Assembly: GCA_045159875.1 (NCBI GenBank)
Contig: CP067995.1
Span: 1,888,001 to 1,952,000, forward strand
From: a cyanobacterium endosymbiont of Rhopalodia gibba
Lineage (GTDB): Bacteria; Cyanobacteriota; Cyanobacteriia; Cyanobacteriales; Microcystaceae
Length of the DNA stretch: 64,000 nucleotides
Direction: 5' to 3'
Part shown: one piece after another, positions 46,004 through 57,143 of the stretch
How positions within the stretch are numbered: the stretch's first letter is position 1
How the letters are laid out: each line of letters begins with the position of its first letter
Notes under the pieces: model-generated
What the model was told of the DNA's origin: nothing
The model's input: only the letters and a program-made list of their open reading frames with translations
Databases searched by the model: none
Made by a program: the position numbers and the translations under genes

Positions 46004-47092
46004 CTATCGAAACGGTGGAGAATAAAGCAAACCGCCATCAGTCCAAAGCTTATTAAGTCCTCTATCTAATTTCAATGGTTGACCAATGTTGCGTTCATAA
46101 ATTTCGCCATAATTCCCGACATGCTTAATAATACGGAAAGCAAAATTATTAGGTAATCCCATGTCCTCACCTAATTTATTATCCAATCCTAAAAACCTTC
46201 TGATATTAGGATCTTCACTAGATTCAAAAGTTCCTATATTTTCGGACATAATGCCGAATTCCTCTGCTTGCATAGTAGCGAAAGTAATCCACTTCACTGC
46301 ATCAAACCAATCAGAATCTCCATCGGCGACAACTGGACTGAGTGGTTCTTTAGACATAAAGACCCCCAATATAACATGATCATCTTTTTGAGGAAAAACA
46401 GAACGACGGGCTACTAATTGAGACCGATCTGAAGTAACCGCTTCGCAGCGACCTTCTTGATAGGCGGCATAAAGGGCGTCCACATCATCAGAAATAACGG
46501 AATTATAGTTTTCTACTCCCCGTTTACGCATCTGATCAGCTAAATTCTGTTCTGTAGTAGTTCCAGCTAAAACACAAACTGATTTATCTTCCAAATCTTC
46601 TAACTTAGTTGCCCTACTCGTTTTAGTCACCATGATGCCTTGTCCATCATAAAAAACTATAGGGGCAAATGCCACACCTACTGAGGTGTCTCGACTCACT
46701 GTCCAGCTGGTATTGCGATTGAGAACATCCACTTCCCCTGCCTGGACAGCCGTAAAGCGCTCATGTGCGCTAAGCTTACGGTATTCAACTTTGGAAGGAT
46801 CATCAAACAAAGCTGCTGCGATTGCTCTACAGATATCCACATCCAAACCAGAATATTGCCCATTTTCATCGACAAAACTAAACCCTGGCACTTCCCCATT
46901 GATTCCACAAATTAGGTTTCCTCTTTCTTTAACTATTGCTAGACGACTTCCATTAAGGTCTGTTTTTCCTTTTTTTGTAGTGGTTTGAGTAGGCTTTTGA
47001 CTGCCTCCACAAGCAGTTAATGGAACCACTAAACATAGAGTTACCAAAACTAAGGAAAGCCATTTAGCCATAAACCCGGTTTGCTCAGACAT
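46004..47092 (-). CDS. natF: Amino acid ABC transporter substrate-binding lipoprotein (NatF/AapJ-like)
   Basis: Lipobox LTAC; GLDVDICRAIAAA, VGNYGEIYERN and GGLLYSPPFR motifs. Confidence 0.82.
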   Translation of the reverse strand: MSEQTGFMAKWLSLVLVTLCLVVPLTACGGSQKPTQTTTKKGKTDLNGSRLAIVKERGNLICGINGEVPGFSFVDENGQYSGLDVDICRAIAAALFDDPSKVEYRKLSAHERFTAVQAGEVDVLNRNTSWTVSRDTSVGVAFAPIVFYDGQGIMVTKTSRATKLEDLEDKSVCVLAGTTTEQNLADQMRKRGVENYNSVISDDVDALYAAYQEGRCEAVTSDRSQLVARRSVFPQKDDHVILGVFMSKEPLSPVVADGDSDWFDAVKWITFATMQAEEFGIMSENIGTFESSEDPNIRRFLGLDNKLGEDMGLPNNFAFRIIKHVGNYGEIYERNIGQPLKLDRGLNKLWTDGGLLYSPPFR

Positions 47093-47189
47093 TTGTTACT
47101 TCTAGGATTGATGTGATGTATCGATACTAAGTTATCCCTTAAAAGGATTTTTAAAACCTTCAGCTTTATACTAAATCAGATTTAGAGTA

Positions 47190-47940
47190 ATTTAACGGTC
47201 ATGTCACCGTAAGAATTGTTTTTTGATTCAAGCTACTATTTATGGTGATCTATATTTTGATGATTTTTGACAATCGCCTCAGCAATAGCTGATCCTAAAC
47301 TAGATTCTTCTGAACTTCAATGAATATGAGACCAGTTAAAACGGTATAAACAGTCAAACAGATGAGTTTCAGTGGTTTCTAGAATGCCCTTACCATTATC
47401 TTTAACAGTCAGCTGTAGGTGAACAAGGCGAGCACACTTGATTAGTTGTGCTCTCACCTTTATTAATGCTTTGGTTTTCTTGACGTTGGTCATATCTTTT
47501 CCTTTATCTAGGTTGCGCTAAAAACAAAAGATTATTGACCAGATTCCCTAACTGTTAAGTCAAGTATCCTACTACTTTGAGCTGTTGCAGTTGAAAATCT
47601 GCTTCAGAATAAGCTAAGGACATCTGAACATTAGTTTGAACGATGACGACGGGGCTTCTCAATTTGTTAAACGCATCGGCAGCAGATTAAAATTACTCAG
47701 GATTTTAGACAGGATTCCCACATGGATTTCACAGCCAGCCCAAATAAGAATTTAAGTAAAAGCCCCCACAATGACAATCCATACTCAATTGCCTGACGTA
47801 TGTAATCACCTCAAGCTAGAGATAATTTACCGTTAGATATCTTAAGACATAGCGATTACGGTCAATCTTTTGAGTAATTTCTTCTAAGAGATGTGAGCGC
47901 CTCCCATAAGTGTTTCAGGATATTGTCAATCTAGTTTATT
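47190..47940 (-). pseudogene. Sensor histidine kinase pseudogene
   Basis: ADAFNKLRSPVVIVQTNVQMSL (H-box with His lost), VKDNGKGI...HLFD and SLGSAIAEAIVKNH; many stops and frameshifts. Boundaries approximate. Confidence 0.75.
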
Positions 47941-48196
47941 TAGATAGATTTTAACGCAGAAAAAAAACCCTGTTACAAACAGTAACAACAGGATAACTGT
48001 TACAAAATTACGACAAAAAAGACTCAATTTCTAACTGTTCAAGGTTTTTAAGACTTCAAATATTCGACATTTTAACAGTTTTAAAACTCATTATCCACTA
48101 ATTTGTCACACTTAGTCTAGAAGAGCCCTAATTGTTTAATTAGGGATGGGGAATTAAAATCTATTATAATCTTTTTTTTAAAATAAAATCGTTTCT

Positions 48197-48664
48197 CTAG
48201 TTTTCTTGCTGTATCTTAACCATGGCGTTTTGGATTTGTTGTTTTAAGGTTTTGTCTCCCTGTGCTTTTTGAGTCATGATATTAAACTTACTCGCGGTTA
48301 ATCCGCGTTCTTCAGCAATAGTTTTAGAACTATTACAAAAATCAACCGCGATTTTTTGCACTTCGCTAGGTAACTTTCTGAAACTCTTAGGGCTATCGCA
48401 AGCAATTTCTGGGGGGAGAGCATCAATAATATCTTCAATTTTTTGGTATGCGATTTGACGTTGAGATTCTATACTTAACACAGTTCTAGCATAATTAATA
48501 ATATCGCTATCGGTTATCTCCGAAATTGACGACGGATTTTGTCGAGAAAAGGTGGGGACAATATTACATCCGTGGAGGATACCGATAAGTGCTAGTAAAC
48601 TAGCCATCAAAGAACGAGTCAATGTTCTGTTCAAATTCAATAAGGAACAGTGAATAAACACCAT
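48197..48664 (-). CDS. DUF4168-like conserved cyanobacterial protein
   Basis: NYARTVLSIE, IACD, FCNSSKTI and GLT..KFN pattern. Confidence 0.65.
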   Translation of the reverse strand: MVFIHCSLLNLNRTLTRSLMASLLALIGILHGCNIVPTFSRQNPSSISEITDSDIINYARTVLSIESQRQIAYQKIEDIIDALPPEIACDSPKSFRKLPSEVQKIAVDFCNSSKTIAEERGLTASKFNIMTQKAQGDKTLKQQIQNAMVKIQQEN

Positions 48665-48815
48665 GCGCGCTAACCGTCAAGTATATAATACTATTGAAAT
48701 CTCCGCCCGAGTTTCTTCTTTGTTTTGAATTATTTTAAGCATTATAAGTTCCTGTGATCTCCAAAAGAAACTTAGACTACATTGTTCATAATTTCTCCTG
48801 TTTCTAGCCATCTGT

Positions 48816-49772
48816 GTGATTCTCAATTATTTATTCTTTTCTATGACTTACTTAAATCATCCTGCTTCAATAACTTTTACCAATATTCAAGAGACTTCAT
48901 TTATCCATATTCCTGTTTTATCGCAAGAAGTCATTACCGGATTAAAAATTTGTCCGGGAGGACATTATCTCGACGCAACAGTGGGAAGTGGTGGCCATAG
49001 CTTTTTAATTTTAAATACCTTTAGAGATGTGCAGATAACTGCTATTGATCGCGATCAACAGGCAATTGCGGCAGCTAATGCCAATTTAGAAAAATTTGGT
49101 CGAGAACGGGTTCGGTTGTGGCAAGGAAACTTTGCTGATTATCCAGGAAAAAAAGCAGAGTTTTCGGGCATTATCACCGACTTAGGTGTCAGTTCTCCCC
49201 AACTTGATCTTCCTGAACGGGGGTTTAGTTTTCGTCATGAAGCTTCTTTGGATATGCGGATGGATCAAAATCAATGCTTGACCGCGGCTGAAATTATTAA
49301 TCATTGGAACGAAAAGTCTCTAGCTGAGCTTTTTTTTCATTACGGAGAAGAACGACGATCACGACTGATTGCTAAACGCATCGTACAGCAAAGGCCATTT
49401 CATACCACAACCCAACTAGCCCAAGCCATTGCTCACACAGTTCCTCCTAAATACCGTTATGGACGTATTCATCCTGCTACTCGTGTTTTTCAAGCCTTAC
49501 GAATTGCAGTGAATGAGGAACTTGTGTCTTTAGAAAGATTTTTAGATCGGGTTCCCCAGTGGCTAAAACCTGGAGGAAGAATCGGAATTATTAGTTTTCA
49601 TAGTCTCGAAGATCGTATTGTAAAGCATCGTTTTCGTGACTCTTCAACGCTGACAGTAGTCACTAAAAAACCAATTACTTCTCACCCGAAAGAGAAAGCC
49701 ATAAATCCTCGTTCTCGTTCAGCTAAACTCCGATTTTCTCAACGGATGAAAGATTTAGGAGATAGAGAATAA
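48816..49772 (+). CDS. rsmH: 16S rRNA m4C1402 methyltransferase (true start may be the ATG at 48843)
   Basis: [49 protein letters not shown] and [10 protein letters not shown] motifs. Confidence 0.97.
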   Translation: MILNYLFFSMTYLNHPASITFTNIQETSFIHIPVLSQEVITGLKICPGGHYLDATVGSGGHSFLILNTFRDVQITAIDRDQQAIAAANANLEKFGRERVRLWQGNFADYPGKKAEFSGIITDLGVSSPQLDLPERGFSFRHEASLDMRMDQNQCLTAAEIINHWNEKSLAELFFHYGEERRSRLIAKRIVQQRPFHTTTQLAQAIAHTVPPKYRYGRIHPATRVFQALRIAVNEELVSLERFLDRVPQWLKPGGRIGIISFHSLEDRIVKHRFRDSSTLTVVTKKPITSHPKEKAINPRSRSAKLRFSQRMKDLGDRE

Positions 49773-49899
49773 AGATTAAGCTGTTTGTTATCTGAATTTA
49801 TAATGTTGACTGTGAGAGAATTTTGGAGCAGAAAAACGTTAAACGTCTATACTCAAATCTCCAATAAGCGATTCAAACGCATAAAAGCTTAACCATTAA

Positions 49900-51462
49900 C
49901 TACTCATCAAGGGATTTATCTTTAACTCCGCGAACAATACGGGAAAATTCGTTTTTTTCATCAATGGTAATTCGAGTGGGAGAACCACTGATGATGCCTT
50001 CGTAATTACGGAATGAATCCTGAATTCTTGGACCGCCTTGATCAATGGTGTATTCTCGAATCCCTTTATCATGCCAGGACCCTCGCATTTTAAAGACATT
50101 AATTGCTCTGGACATTTCCCCTCGAATTTCCACATATTGCAGCATGAGAATGGTATCAGTAATGGTGGAAATATGAGATTCCGTAATAGAATGAGAGCCC
50201 ATAAATTGATCAGTTGTGTTAGTAAAAAACCCTGTAATTTCTTCTTGTTTTGCGTAACCTGTTACCCCAATTACAAACTGACGAAAGGCATTATTAGTAA
50301 CTCCTCTTGCTAATGCTGAGAGAGAATCAATAGCAATTCGTGACGGTTTAAATTCAGAAATTTCTGATTTAATGATCTGTAAATGATCTTCTAATCCTGT
50401 AGATTCGGGATAGCTACATAATAATTTTAGTAGTCCCTTCCGTTCCATGTCTTCAAAATCAATACCCCAGGAAAAAGCATTTCGAGATAATTGGGCACGA
50501 GACTCTTCATACGCAAATAAAATTGACCTTTCTCCTTGACGACAACCTTCTTCTAAAAACTTACTTACCAGCAAAGTTTTACCAGTTCCTGTTGCTCCAG
50601 TCGCCAGAATAATTGAGTCTTTAAAAAAGCCTCCTCCACACATTTCATCAAGAGTTTTAATCCCAGAAGAAGCTCGAGTATTTGAAGAACGCTGAGTAAG
50701 TCGCATAGCTCCTAACGGAAAAATATTAATTCCATCATCAGTAATAGTGAAAGGATATTCTCCTTTCATATGGGTTGTCCCGCGCAATTTAAGGATTTCA
50801 GCTGTTCTTCGACGACGTTCTCCTTCTAAAACATTTCGTAAAATAACTACATTATCAGAAACGAATTCTTCTACCCCAAAACGAGCGATCTGCCCGTATT
50901 CTTCAACCCGTTCTGTAGTCATAATTGAAGTAACCTCTAGGAGTTTTAACCGTGCTACTAAACGGAAAATCTCTCGACGTACCACGGAGGCTGCATCGTA
51001 TTGTTGAAAAACCGCCGTTACTGAATCAATAGAAACAAGTTTTGCTTTATACTTGTAAATTGCATACTGGATACGTTCAATTAGAGCTGACAAATCAAAA
51101 CTTCCTACCACTTCTTGTCCATCAGGATCAGGGGAAGCATCAAGAATAAATAGTTGACCTTTATCAATAATCTCTTGTAAATCCCAACCAAAACTATAGG
51201 CATTTTGAATAACGTCTGCTGGCGATTCCTCAAAGGTTACAAATAATCCCGGATAATCAAAATATTTAATCCCATGGTAGAGAAATTGAATTGCTAGTAA
51301 CGTTTTACCAGTTCCTGATGTTCCACTCACCAAGGTGGTTCTTCCAAGAGGAAGTCCGCCATGGCTAATTTCATCAAACCCTTCAATCATAGTCCGAATC
51401 TTACGGACTCCTTTGGGAGGTAGTTTTTCTGATGTTTGCCCGTTAGGAAGCGGTTCATTCAT
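49900..51462 (-). CDS. kaiC: Circadian clock kinase KaiC
   Basis: Two RecA-like domains (GTSGTGKT, GATGTGKT); phosphosite motif SHISTITD intact. Confidence 0.98.
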   Translation of the reverse strand: MNEPLPNGQTSEKLPPKGVRKIRTMIEGFDEISHGGLPLGRTTLVSGTSGTGKTLLAIQFLYHGIKYFDYPGLFVTFEESPADVIQNAYSFGWDLQEIIDKGQLFILDASPDPDGQEVVGSFDLSALIERIQYAIYKYKAKLVSIDSVTAVFQQYDAASVVRREIFRLVARLKLLEVTSIMTTERVEEYGQIARFGVEEFVSDNVVILRNVLEGERRRRTAEILKLRGTTHMKGEYPFTITDDGINIFPLGAMRLTQRSSNTRASSGIKTLDEMCGGGFFKDSIILATGATGTGKTLLVSKFLEEGCRQGERSILFAYEESRAQLSRNAFSWGIDFEDMERKGLLKLLCSYPESTGLEDHLQIIKSEISEFKPSRIAIDSLSALARGVTNNAFRQFVIGVTGYAKQEEITGFFTNTTDQFMGSHSITESHISTITDTILMLQYVEIRGEMSRAINVFKMRGSWHDKGIREYTIDQGGPRIQDSFRNYEGIISGSPTRITIDEKNEFSRIVRGVKDKSLDE

Positions 51463-51574
51463 TGTTGATTTATTAATTCTTCTTATTAAAGATTAACGAC
51501 AATTTAATTTAAGATGTAGAGATATGCAAGTTTGTCTTGAATATATATACTAGCAAACAACGTGGAGATTTCTT

Positions 51575-51889
51575 TTACGAATTATCTTCTTTTTCTTTGA
51601 TTTCTTCATAAAGAAGATCTAAGCCAATAAGAATTTTTTCTCTATCTGAAAGATCGCCTATAATTTTACGAACAGGGGGAGGAAGAATTTTAGCTAAGGT
51701 GGGGGTTGCTGAAATTTTATCTTCCTCAGCTAAGCGAAGGTTTTTTAGCACATCAATAAGTTTGAGAGCATAAACTCCTCTAAATTCATCTTCGAAAATA
51801 TTTTTAAGCATTTTCAAAGCTCTGACAGAGTTGGTGGTATTGCCTGCTACATAAAGCTTAAGAACATAGGTTTTTTAAAAGTTGATCAT
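51575..51889 (-). pseudogene. kaiB: kaiB with a premature stop at codon 5
   Basis: ATG ATC AAC TTT TAA AAA ACC TAT GTT CTT AAG CTT TAT GTA GCA GGC = [15 protein letters not shown]. The ORF track only captures an 80-aa truncated form. Confidence 0.88.
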
Positions 51890-52190
51890 CGCCTAAAAAT
51901 TAGTATATTTTGAGATCTTGTTTAAGAATATTTTTTGTATCTTTGTAGCCCAGCTACGATAAGTTCATGATGAACAAAAACTTAAGGTCTTACTTTGCAT
52001 GGCTTCCAAGACCTCAAAGACTTGTTTTTTATAAAAAACAGAGCCTGTATCTTTATACAATACAGTCAGAATAAAAGTATGATAAGTTATTAGTTACTAA
52101 CTTATCATACCTACTCGAGGAGAGCCAACTTTTTTATTTCTTAAAAGGTCTGGGATGGGAACAATGCCTTAATCTGTTTGGTAAAGTCAA

Positions 52191-53075
52191 TCAAACATAA
52201 AGATTTCCCCTGGGAACTGACCGACGATACATTTCTCCCAAATGTGCTAAAACATCAATGATAGTTAAGCGGTAATCTAAAAGAATTTCATCACTGCGGC
52301 CTTCTATCTTAAGCTGCTGAGAAAATTCGTCGATTAACTCCATGTGAATTTCTAAAATTTTAGAAATTGCAATATCGGCAAAAAAAGCTTTATTCACAAA
52401 CTTATCAATAAACTGGTTAATTTCAGTCTCATTACTAAAATAATTAAGAACAATTTTTCGATATTCTTCAGTCAAATGTTTGATAAGTTCTTCTTGCTGT
52501 GTTTGAGAAAGATTTCGAAAAAAATGTTTGGGATTTCTCTTATAAAACACCCCTAAATAGCCCAGTCTTTCCTTAAGTTTTTCCGCCAACCGACGTTGTT
52601 GTAAGAGCAGAAAACTTAACTGTTTATCAGGAACTAAGGCTTCGGGCAAGGAAACTGGACTTTTCACTAAAGAACAACTTGGTCCCAAACGTAAAAACTG
52701 CGCAATGGCTAGCTCAAGAGATTTCTCCATATTATCCAAAGTATTTACTGGCTGTCGTACCTCCGCACTATGATAGAGGCACGTTAGGGTTCCAGTTTTT
52801 TCTGGAATAACGCCTGGATCTAACTCTGGTTCAATAATAACCACCGGAAGTAGGGTTCCTTGTTCGTAAAGTTGATTAAATAAAGGAGAGACTGTAGTTT
52901 TTTGAAAAATAACGAGACAGTCAATTTGTACGTCATGACTGTTTACTAAGTCGAATAACTCCTGAGAAGAGTCAACTAGTTGAATAGAATAGGATTTACT
53001 GCTCAGAATATTCGTCAAATGCTGGGCAATACGGTGATTACTGATATAGAGACAAATTGATAATCTAGATTGCAA
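52191..53075 (-). CDS. kaiA: Circadian clock protein KaiA
   Basis: LYHSAEV, QQRRLAEKLKERLGYLGV and LLDYRLTIIDVLAHLGEMYRRS motifs. Confidence 0.96.
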   Translation of the reverse strand: MQSRLSICLYISNHRIAQHLTNILSSKSYSIQLVDSSQELFDLVNSHDVQIDCLVIFQKTTVSPLFNQLYEQGTLLPVVIIEPELDPGVIPEKTGTLTCLYHSAEVRQPVNTLDNMEKSLELAIAQFLRLGPSCSLVKSPVSLPEALVPDKQLSFLLLQQRRLAEKLKERLGYLGVFYKRNPKHFFRNLSQTQQEELIKHLTEEYRKIVLNYFSNETEINQFIDKFVNKAFFADIAISKILEIHMELIDEFSQQLKIEGRSDEILLDYRLTIIDVLAHLGEMYRRSVPRGNLYV

Positions 53076-53294
53076 GGTTTTAAGATTAAGAACTAGATCA
53101 CTAGAAAATTAGTAAAGAACAAACTGAATAGTATCAGCAATGCCTTCCCATAAAAGTTAACATAAATACTTTGTAAACACAAATACTTTCAAATTAGATA
53201 ATTCATGGTCTTTGACTAAACTCTCTAAAAAAAAATTAAGCGAGCGCTTACTAGTTGACTAGTATCAATTTTTCGGCGGAGAAATAGATCTGCA

Positions 53295-53334
53295 TTTTTT
53301 AGTAGTAAGCTTATATAAGCTTACTACTAAAAAA
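53295..53334. repeat. Perfect 40-bp palindrome upstream of kaiA
   Basis: ttttttagtagtaagcttat|ataagcttactactaaaaaa. Confidence 0.95.
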
Positions 53335-54240
53335 AAGTTAAAAACTAGTAATTATTAGATACTAGTCTAGCCCCCAAAAAAAGTTAGCAAAATTGAAAGA
53401 GTAATAACCTTAAAACTTAACTAATGACCCTGCGAATAAAATCTAAAACAAGGACAATATTTAAGTTTTTAAGCGTAAGTTTTAAGCGATGAAAAATTAA
53501 GAAAAAATGTAGTTTATGTAATTTTTTTTAAAAATATTTGTCTATTTTTTTTAAGAGATAGATGCTTTAAGTAAAAAAAAATGTACTTTTTTATGAAAGT
53601 TAGAAGAAAGATAATTTGGAATTAAGAAGAAATAAAAATTTTCTATTTTATTTAAAGATAAAGATAAAAGTTTAATTAACTCTCGAAAAAATCTGTAATT
53701 CTTTAGAAAAGAGCCATAAATAAACAAGGCTAAAAATTAAAAATAATAATTTTATTAAAAAGAATTAAATATGAATGTAATCCTACAAAGGTGGTTTATA
53801 TTTCTGCCCAAGACATTATTATAATTAGAGTAATCAAATAATTTTAAATTTAACTCTACTTAAATAAATTCTAATTTTCTTAGAAAACCTATATTTGCTG
53901 TATGCATAAATATAAAAAAAAATTTATTGTTGAGTATAAATCTAGAATACTTCTCAATAAGTCAACTCAATTAGCAGCTAATAACTTCTGAAATTATTTT
54001 TTTGACCGTGTTATACAACTCCAAAAATTTAATTTTTATAAAAATTAAGTTTTTAAGCTCTCGAAAATCTCGCAAAGCAAAACTTCATAGTTGATTTAGA
54101 TAGTCTACAAGTTTCTCTACGAACAAACATTTGTAAATTTATTATAATAATTGTAATTATTTGTAATTTATAAGCCTTTAAAGAGCACTAATCAAGACAA
54201 GATCGAGATTAGAATAGAGAACAGAGATACCTGTCTTGAT

Positions 54241-56799
54241 TTGGACAGAATCACCCCCGTTAGGCTGATGCTGACACTAAAACAATTTCTGTACCCTGTC
54301 CCGATTTGTCAATCTTCTATCACCATTCAAGAGATTACTACCCTATTTCGCTCAGGGAACTATGAGGGAGTAGTAATGGTAGATTGTGCCCAAAAGCCAT
54401 TAGGTATGGTCTCTGTCCATTATCTTCTTTCTTTACTGCTACAACAGTCTTTCGAGGCTATGTCTTCATCGTCTAGGTTTTCTCAAAAAAATAGTCAAGT
54501 ATCTCAATCGTTGACGCTAGATAACTTGGAGAACTTCTTAACTCCTTTAGTACTTATTCCTGATGACTTAAAAGTAATAGATTTTTCTGTCTATTTACAA
54601 GACAAAAATATTGACCCAACAACTTCTCCCACCTATGGACTTGTGAATGATAGTGGAAATTTTCAGGGACTTCTCGATAGCCGAAAATTGCTAAAAGCTT
54701 TTTTGACTCAAACCCTTCCTATTGCCCCTCAACCGTCTTCATTATTCGCCTCAGGATCGTTACTGATAGAATTGTTAGAGCCATTTCCCCTACCCGTTAT
54801 ATTACAAACAAAACAGGGAAATATAATACAACAAAATTACACGTGGCGTGAGCAAATTGGGCAGTTGATTCTCCCCAATAATGCTATTGTTTGCTTTTTA
54901 TCAAGCAAAAAACTACAATCCCTCTCAGATCAAGTTGTCGCAGTTGCCCAAACTCCCACCTTCCACTTTCCTTCACCCTACTACTTAGCAGACCGCTCTT
55001 CTCTAACGACTCACCCTTCTTGTTCTCAATGGTTTCAATCTGTTCCTGAGAAGTGTAACCCTCAAGATTTTCTAACCAATACCAATTCGTTACATTCTCT
55101 TTCGCCTTCTCCTGGCTCATTGATCGATCATAATCTGAGCAAAGAAAGAGTTTGCAAATTTGTTAGATGTCCCTTAAACACAAAAGATGGAGAAGTTTCT
55201 CTAGTCTTAGCCACTGATGTAACAGAACAGCAAAAGCTGTGTCAAGAATTAGCGGCAAAGAATGCTGATTTAGTTCAGCTCAATCGTCTCAAAGATGAAT
55301 TCCTCGCTTGTATTAGCCACGAGTTCAAGTCTCCTCTCACAGCAGTGCTGGGATTGTCGAGTCTTTTGAGGGAACAAAAAGTTGGTAAACTTAATCCTCG
55401 TCAAGTCCATTATGCCCAGTCAATTTACCGCAGTAGCCGTCAGTTAATGACTATAGTGAACGATTTACTTGATCTCACTCACTTAGAGACAGGGAAGCTT
55501 AAGTTAACCTTTATCTCACTTAATATCCGAAGTGTCTGTGAACGAGCCTACCATTCCATTGCTGAAAAATACCAGGACAAAATCGATAACTCCATATCAT
55601 TTTCCTTAGAAATAGAACCAGGATTAAAGTTTTTATTGGCCGATGAACTGCGTTTACATCAGATGTTAGTGCATTTATTAGATAATGCTATAAAATTTAG
55701 CAAATCTGCTGGATCAGTCGGCATAAAAGTAAATTACTGGGATAATTGGGTTGCGTTCAATGTTTGGGATACAGGCATTGGCATTCCTGAAGAATTCCAA
55801 CACTTGATCTTTCAGAAATTCCAAAAATTAGAAAATCCGTTGACCCGTAAATTAGAAGGGACTGGCTTAGGACTGGTACTAACTCAACGCTTAGCAAGAG
55901 CTCATGGGGGTGAGATCTCTTTTATTTCTAAAATAGGACAGGGAAGTCAGTTTACACTACTGTTGCCCCCTGATGCTAAATTTCAGGATAAGAAACATTA
56001 TCATCAATCTTCTCCAACTCCTTATCCCCTAGTGTTGATTGTCGAAGCCATTCCTCAATGTATAGAAAATTTAATGGGTAAGCTGAATGAATTAGGCTAT
56101 CGAGTGGTTATCGCCCGTACTGGCACAGACGCAGTGGAAAAAGCACGACGATTACGTCCCTATGCTATTTTGCTAAATCCCTTATTACCCTTACTATCGG
56201 GGTGGGACGTATTGACACTACTCAAATCTGATCCCCGAACTCGGAAAATTCGCGTCTTTATGACAACCACTGAGAATCGTCAACTTTTAAAAGAACGAAA
56301 TCAAGCGGACGGCTTTGTATCGGTTCCCCTCGATTCATCAGTGTTAAAAACAATTTTAGGGAAAGTTAATCCTCTAAAAAAGACTTCTGATCGTGCTTTA
56401 ACTGTATTAAGTCTTTGTCCTAACTGTCCTGATGACAAAACTAACCCTGTTCTATGCTCTCCCCTAAACTGGGCGTTAACGAACTTGTCCTCTCAATTCA
56501 ATCATCGTATTCTCGAAAGCGATGATCTCGAACAAGCACAAGTATTAATCAATGTTTGGCAAGTAGATGTAATAGTCTTAGATGGACGTTGTCTTGATGA
56601 TCCAACCGATTACGTACAATCACTTTCTGAACAATCCAGACTAGCTGAGTTACCCTTAGTCACCTTAGACCTAAAAACAACCAAAGCAGCCAATCGGGTT
56701 AAGAATTTATCTGTCTTTCCTTGCTTAATTCCTCGTAATCAGCAAAATAATCAGCAATTATGGCAGATAATTTCTATCGCTGTCTCAAGTACGCTTTAA
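54241..56799 (+). CDS. Hybrid sensor histidine kinase (CBS-like N-terminus, HisKA, HATPase, receiver-like domains)
   Basis: H-box FLACISHEFKSPL, N-box LLDNAIKF, DTGIGI and GTGLGL; receiver-like C-terminus. Confidence 0.9.
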   Translation: MDRITPVRLMLTLKQFLYPVPICQSSITIQEITTLFRSGNYEGVVMVDCAQKPLGMVSVHYLLSLLLQQSFEAMSSSSRFSQKNSQVSQSLTLDNLENFLTPLVLIPDDLKVIDFSVYLQDKNIDPTTSPTYGLVNDSGNFQGLLDSRKLLKAFLTQTLPIAPQPSSLFASGSLLIELLEPFPLPVILQTKQGNIIQQNYTWREQIGQLILPNNAIVCFLSSKKLQSLSDQVVAVAQTPTFHFPSPYYLADRSSLTTHPSCSQWFQSVPEKCNPQDFLTNTNSLHSLSPSPGSLIDHNLSKERVCKFVRCPLNTKDGEVSLVLATDVTEQQKLCQELAAKNADLVQLNRLKDEFLACISHEFKSPLTAVLGLSSLLREQKVGKLNPRQVHYAQSIYRSSRQLMTIVNDLLDLTHLETGKLKLTFISLNIRSVCERAYHSIAEKYQDKIDNSISFSLEIEPGLKFLLADELRLHQMLVHLLDNAIKFSKSAGSVGIKVNYWDNWVAFNVWDTGIGIPEEFQHLIFQKFQKLENPLTRKLEGTGLGLVLTQRLARAHGGEISFISKIGQGSQFTLLLPPDAKFQDKKHYHQSSPTPYPLVLIVEAIPQCIENLMGKLNELGYRVVIARTGTDAVEKARRLRPYAILLNPLLPLLSGWDVLTLLKSDPRTRKIRVFMTTTENRQLLKERNQADGFVSVPLDSSVLKTILGKVNPLKKTSDRALTVLSLCPNCPDDKTNPVLCSPLNWALTNLSSQFNHRILESDDLEQAQVLINVWQVDVIVLDGRCLDDPTDYVQSLSEQSRLAELPLVTLDLKTTKAANRVKNLSVFPCLIPRNQQNNQQLWQIISIAVSSTL

Positions 56800-57143
56800 G
56801 ATTCCTAAATAGTGGTGTACGGCGGTTGATAAACTCCTTCGATGAATTCTAAATGGGTTAATTGGGTCTTTAGCTTCCACATGGAGAACCTCCTGCTATA
56901 AACAAAAGGAAACGCGTCGAACCGTAGAGTAATTTCACAATATATTCGGTCTGAGATAGAAATGCGCTCAAGGACTAGCGACTAAAGCTGATAAAAAGTT
57001 GACGGTGCTGACTGTGGAGGTATCTAGGTGGGAGCGGTAAATGGGAGTGTTTTCTATCTAGAAAACATAGTTAATACATGGTGAAGTAGTAGGGTTCTAT
57101 TGCGATGGATAAAAAGCCCGCACCTATCAAAACTGTCAATAGT

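Noticed and set aside
51575..51817. 80-aa KaiB ORF treated as a normal CDS
   Set aside because: The true start is at 51889 with an in-frame stop; the short ORF lacks the conserved N-terminal strand.
56810..57070. Gene-like remnant between the hybrid kinase and plsC
   Set aside because: GC content suggests a pseudogene, but the motif match is too weak to name.
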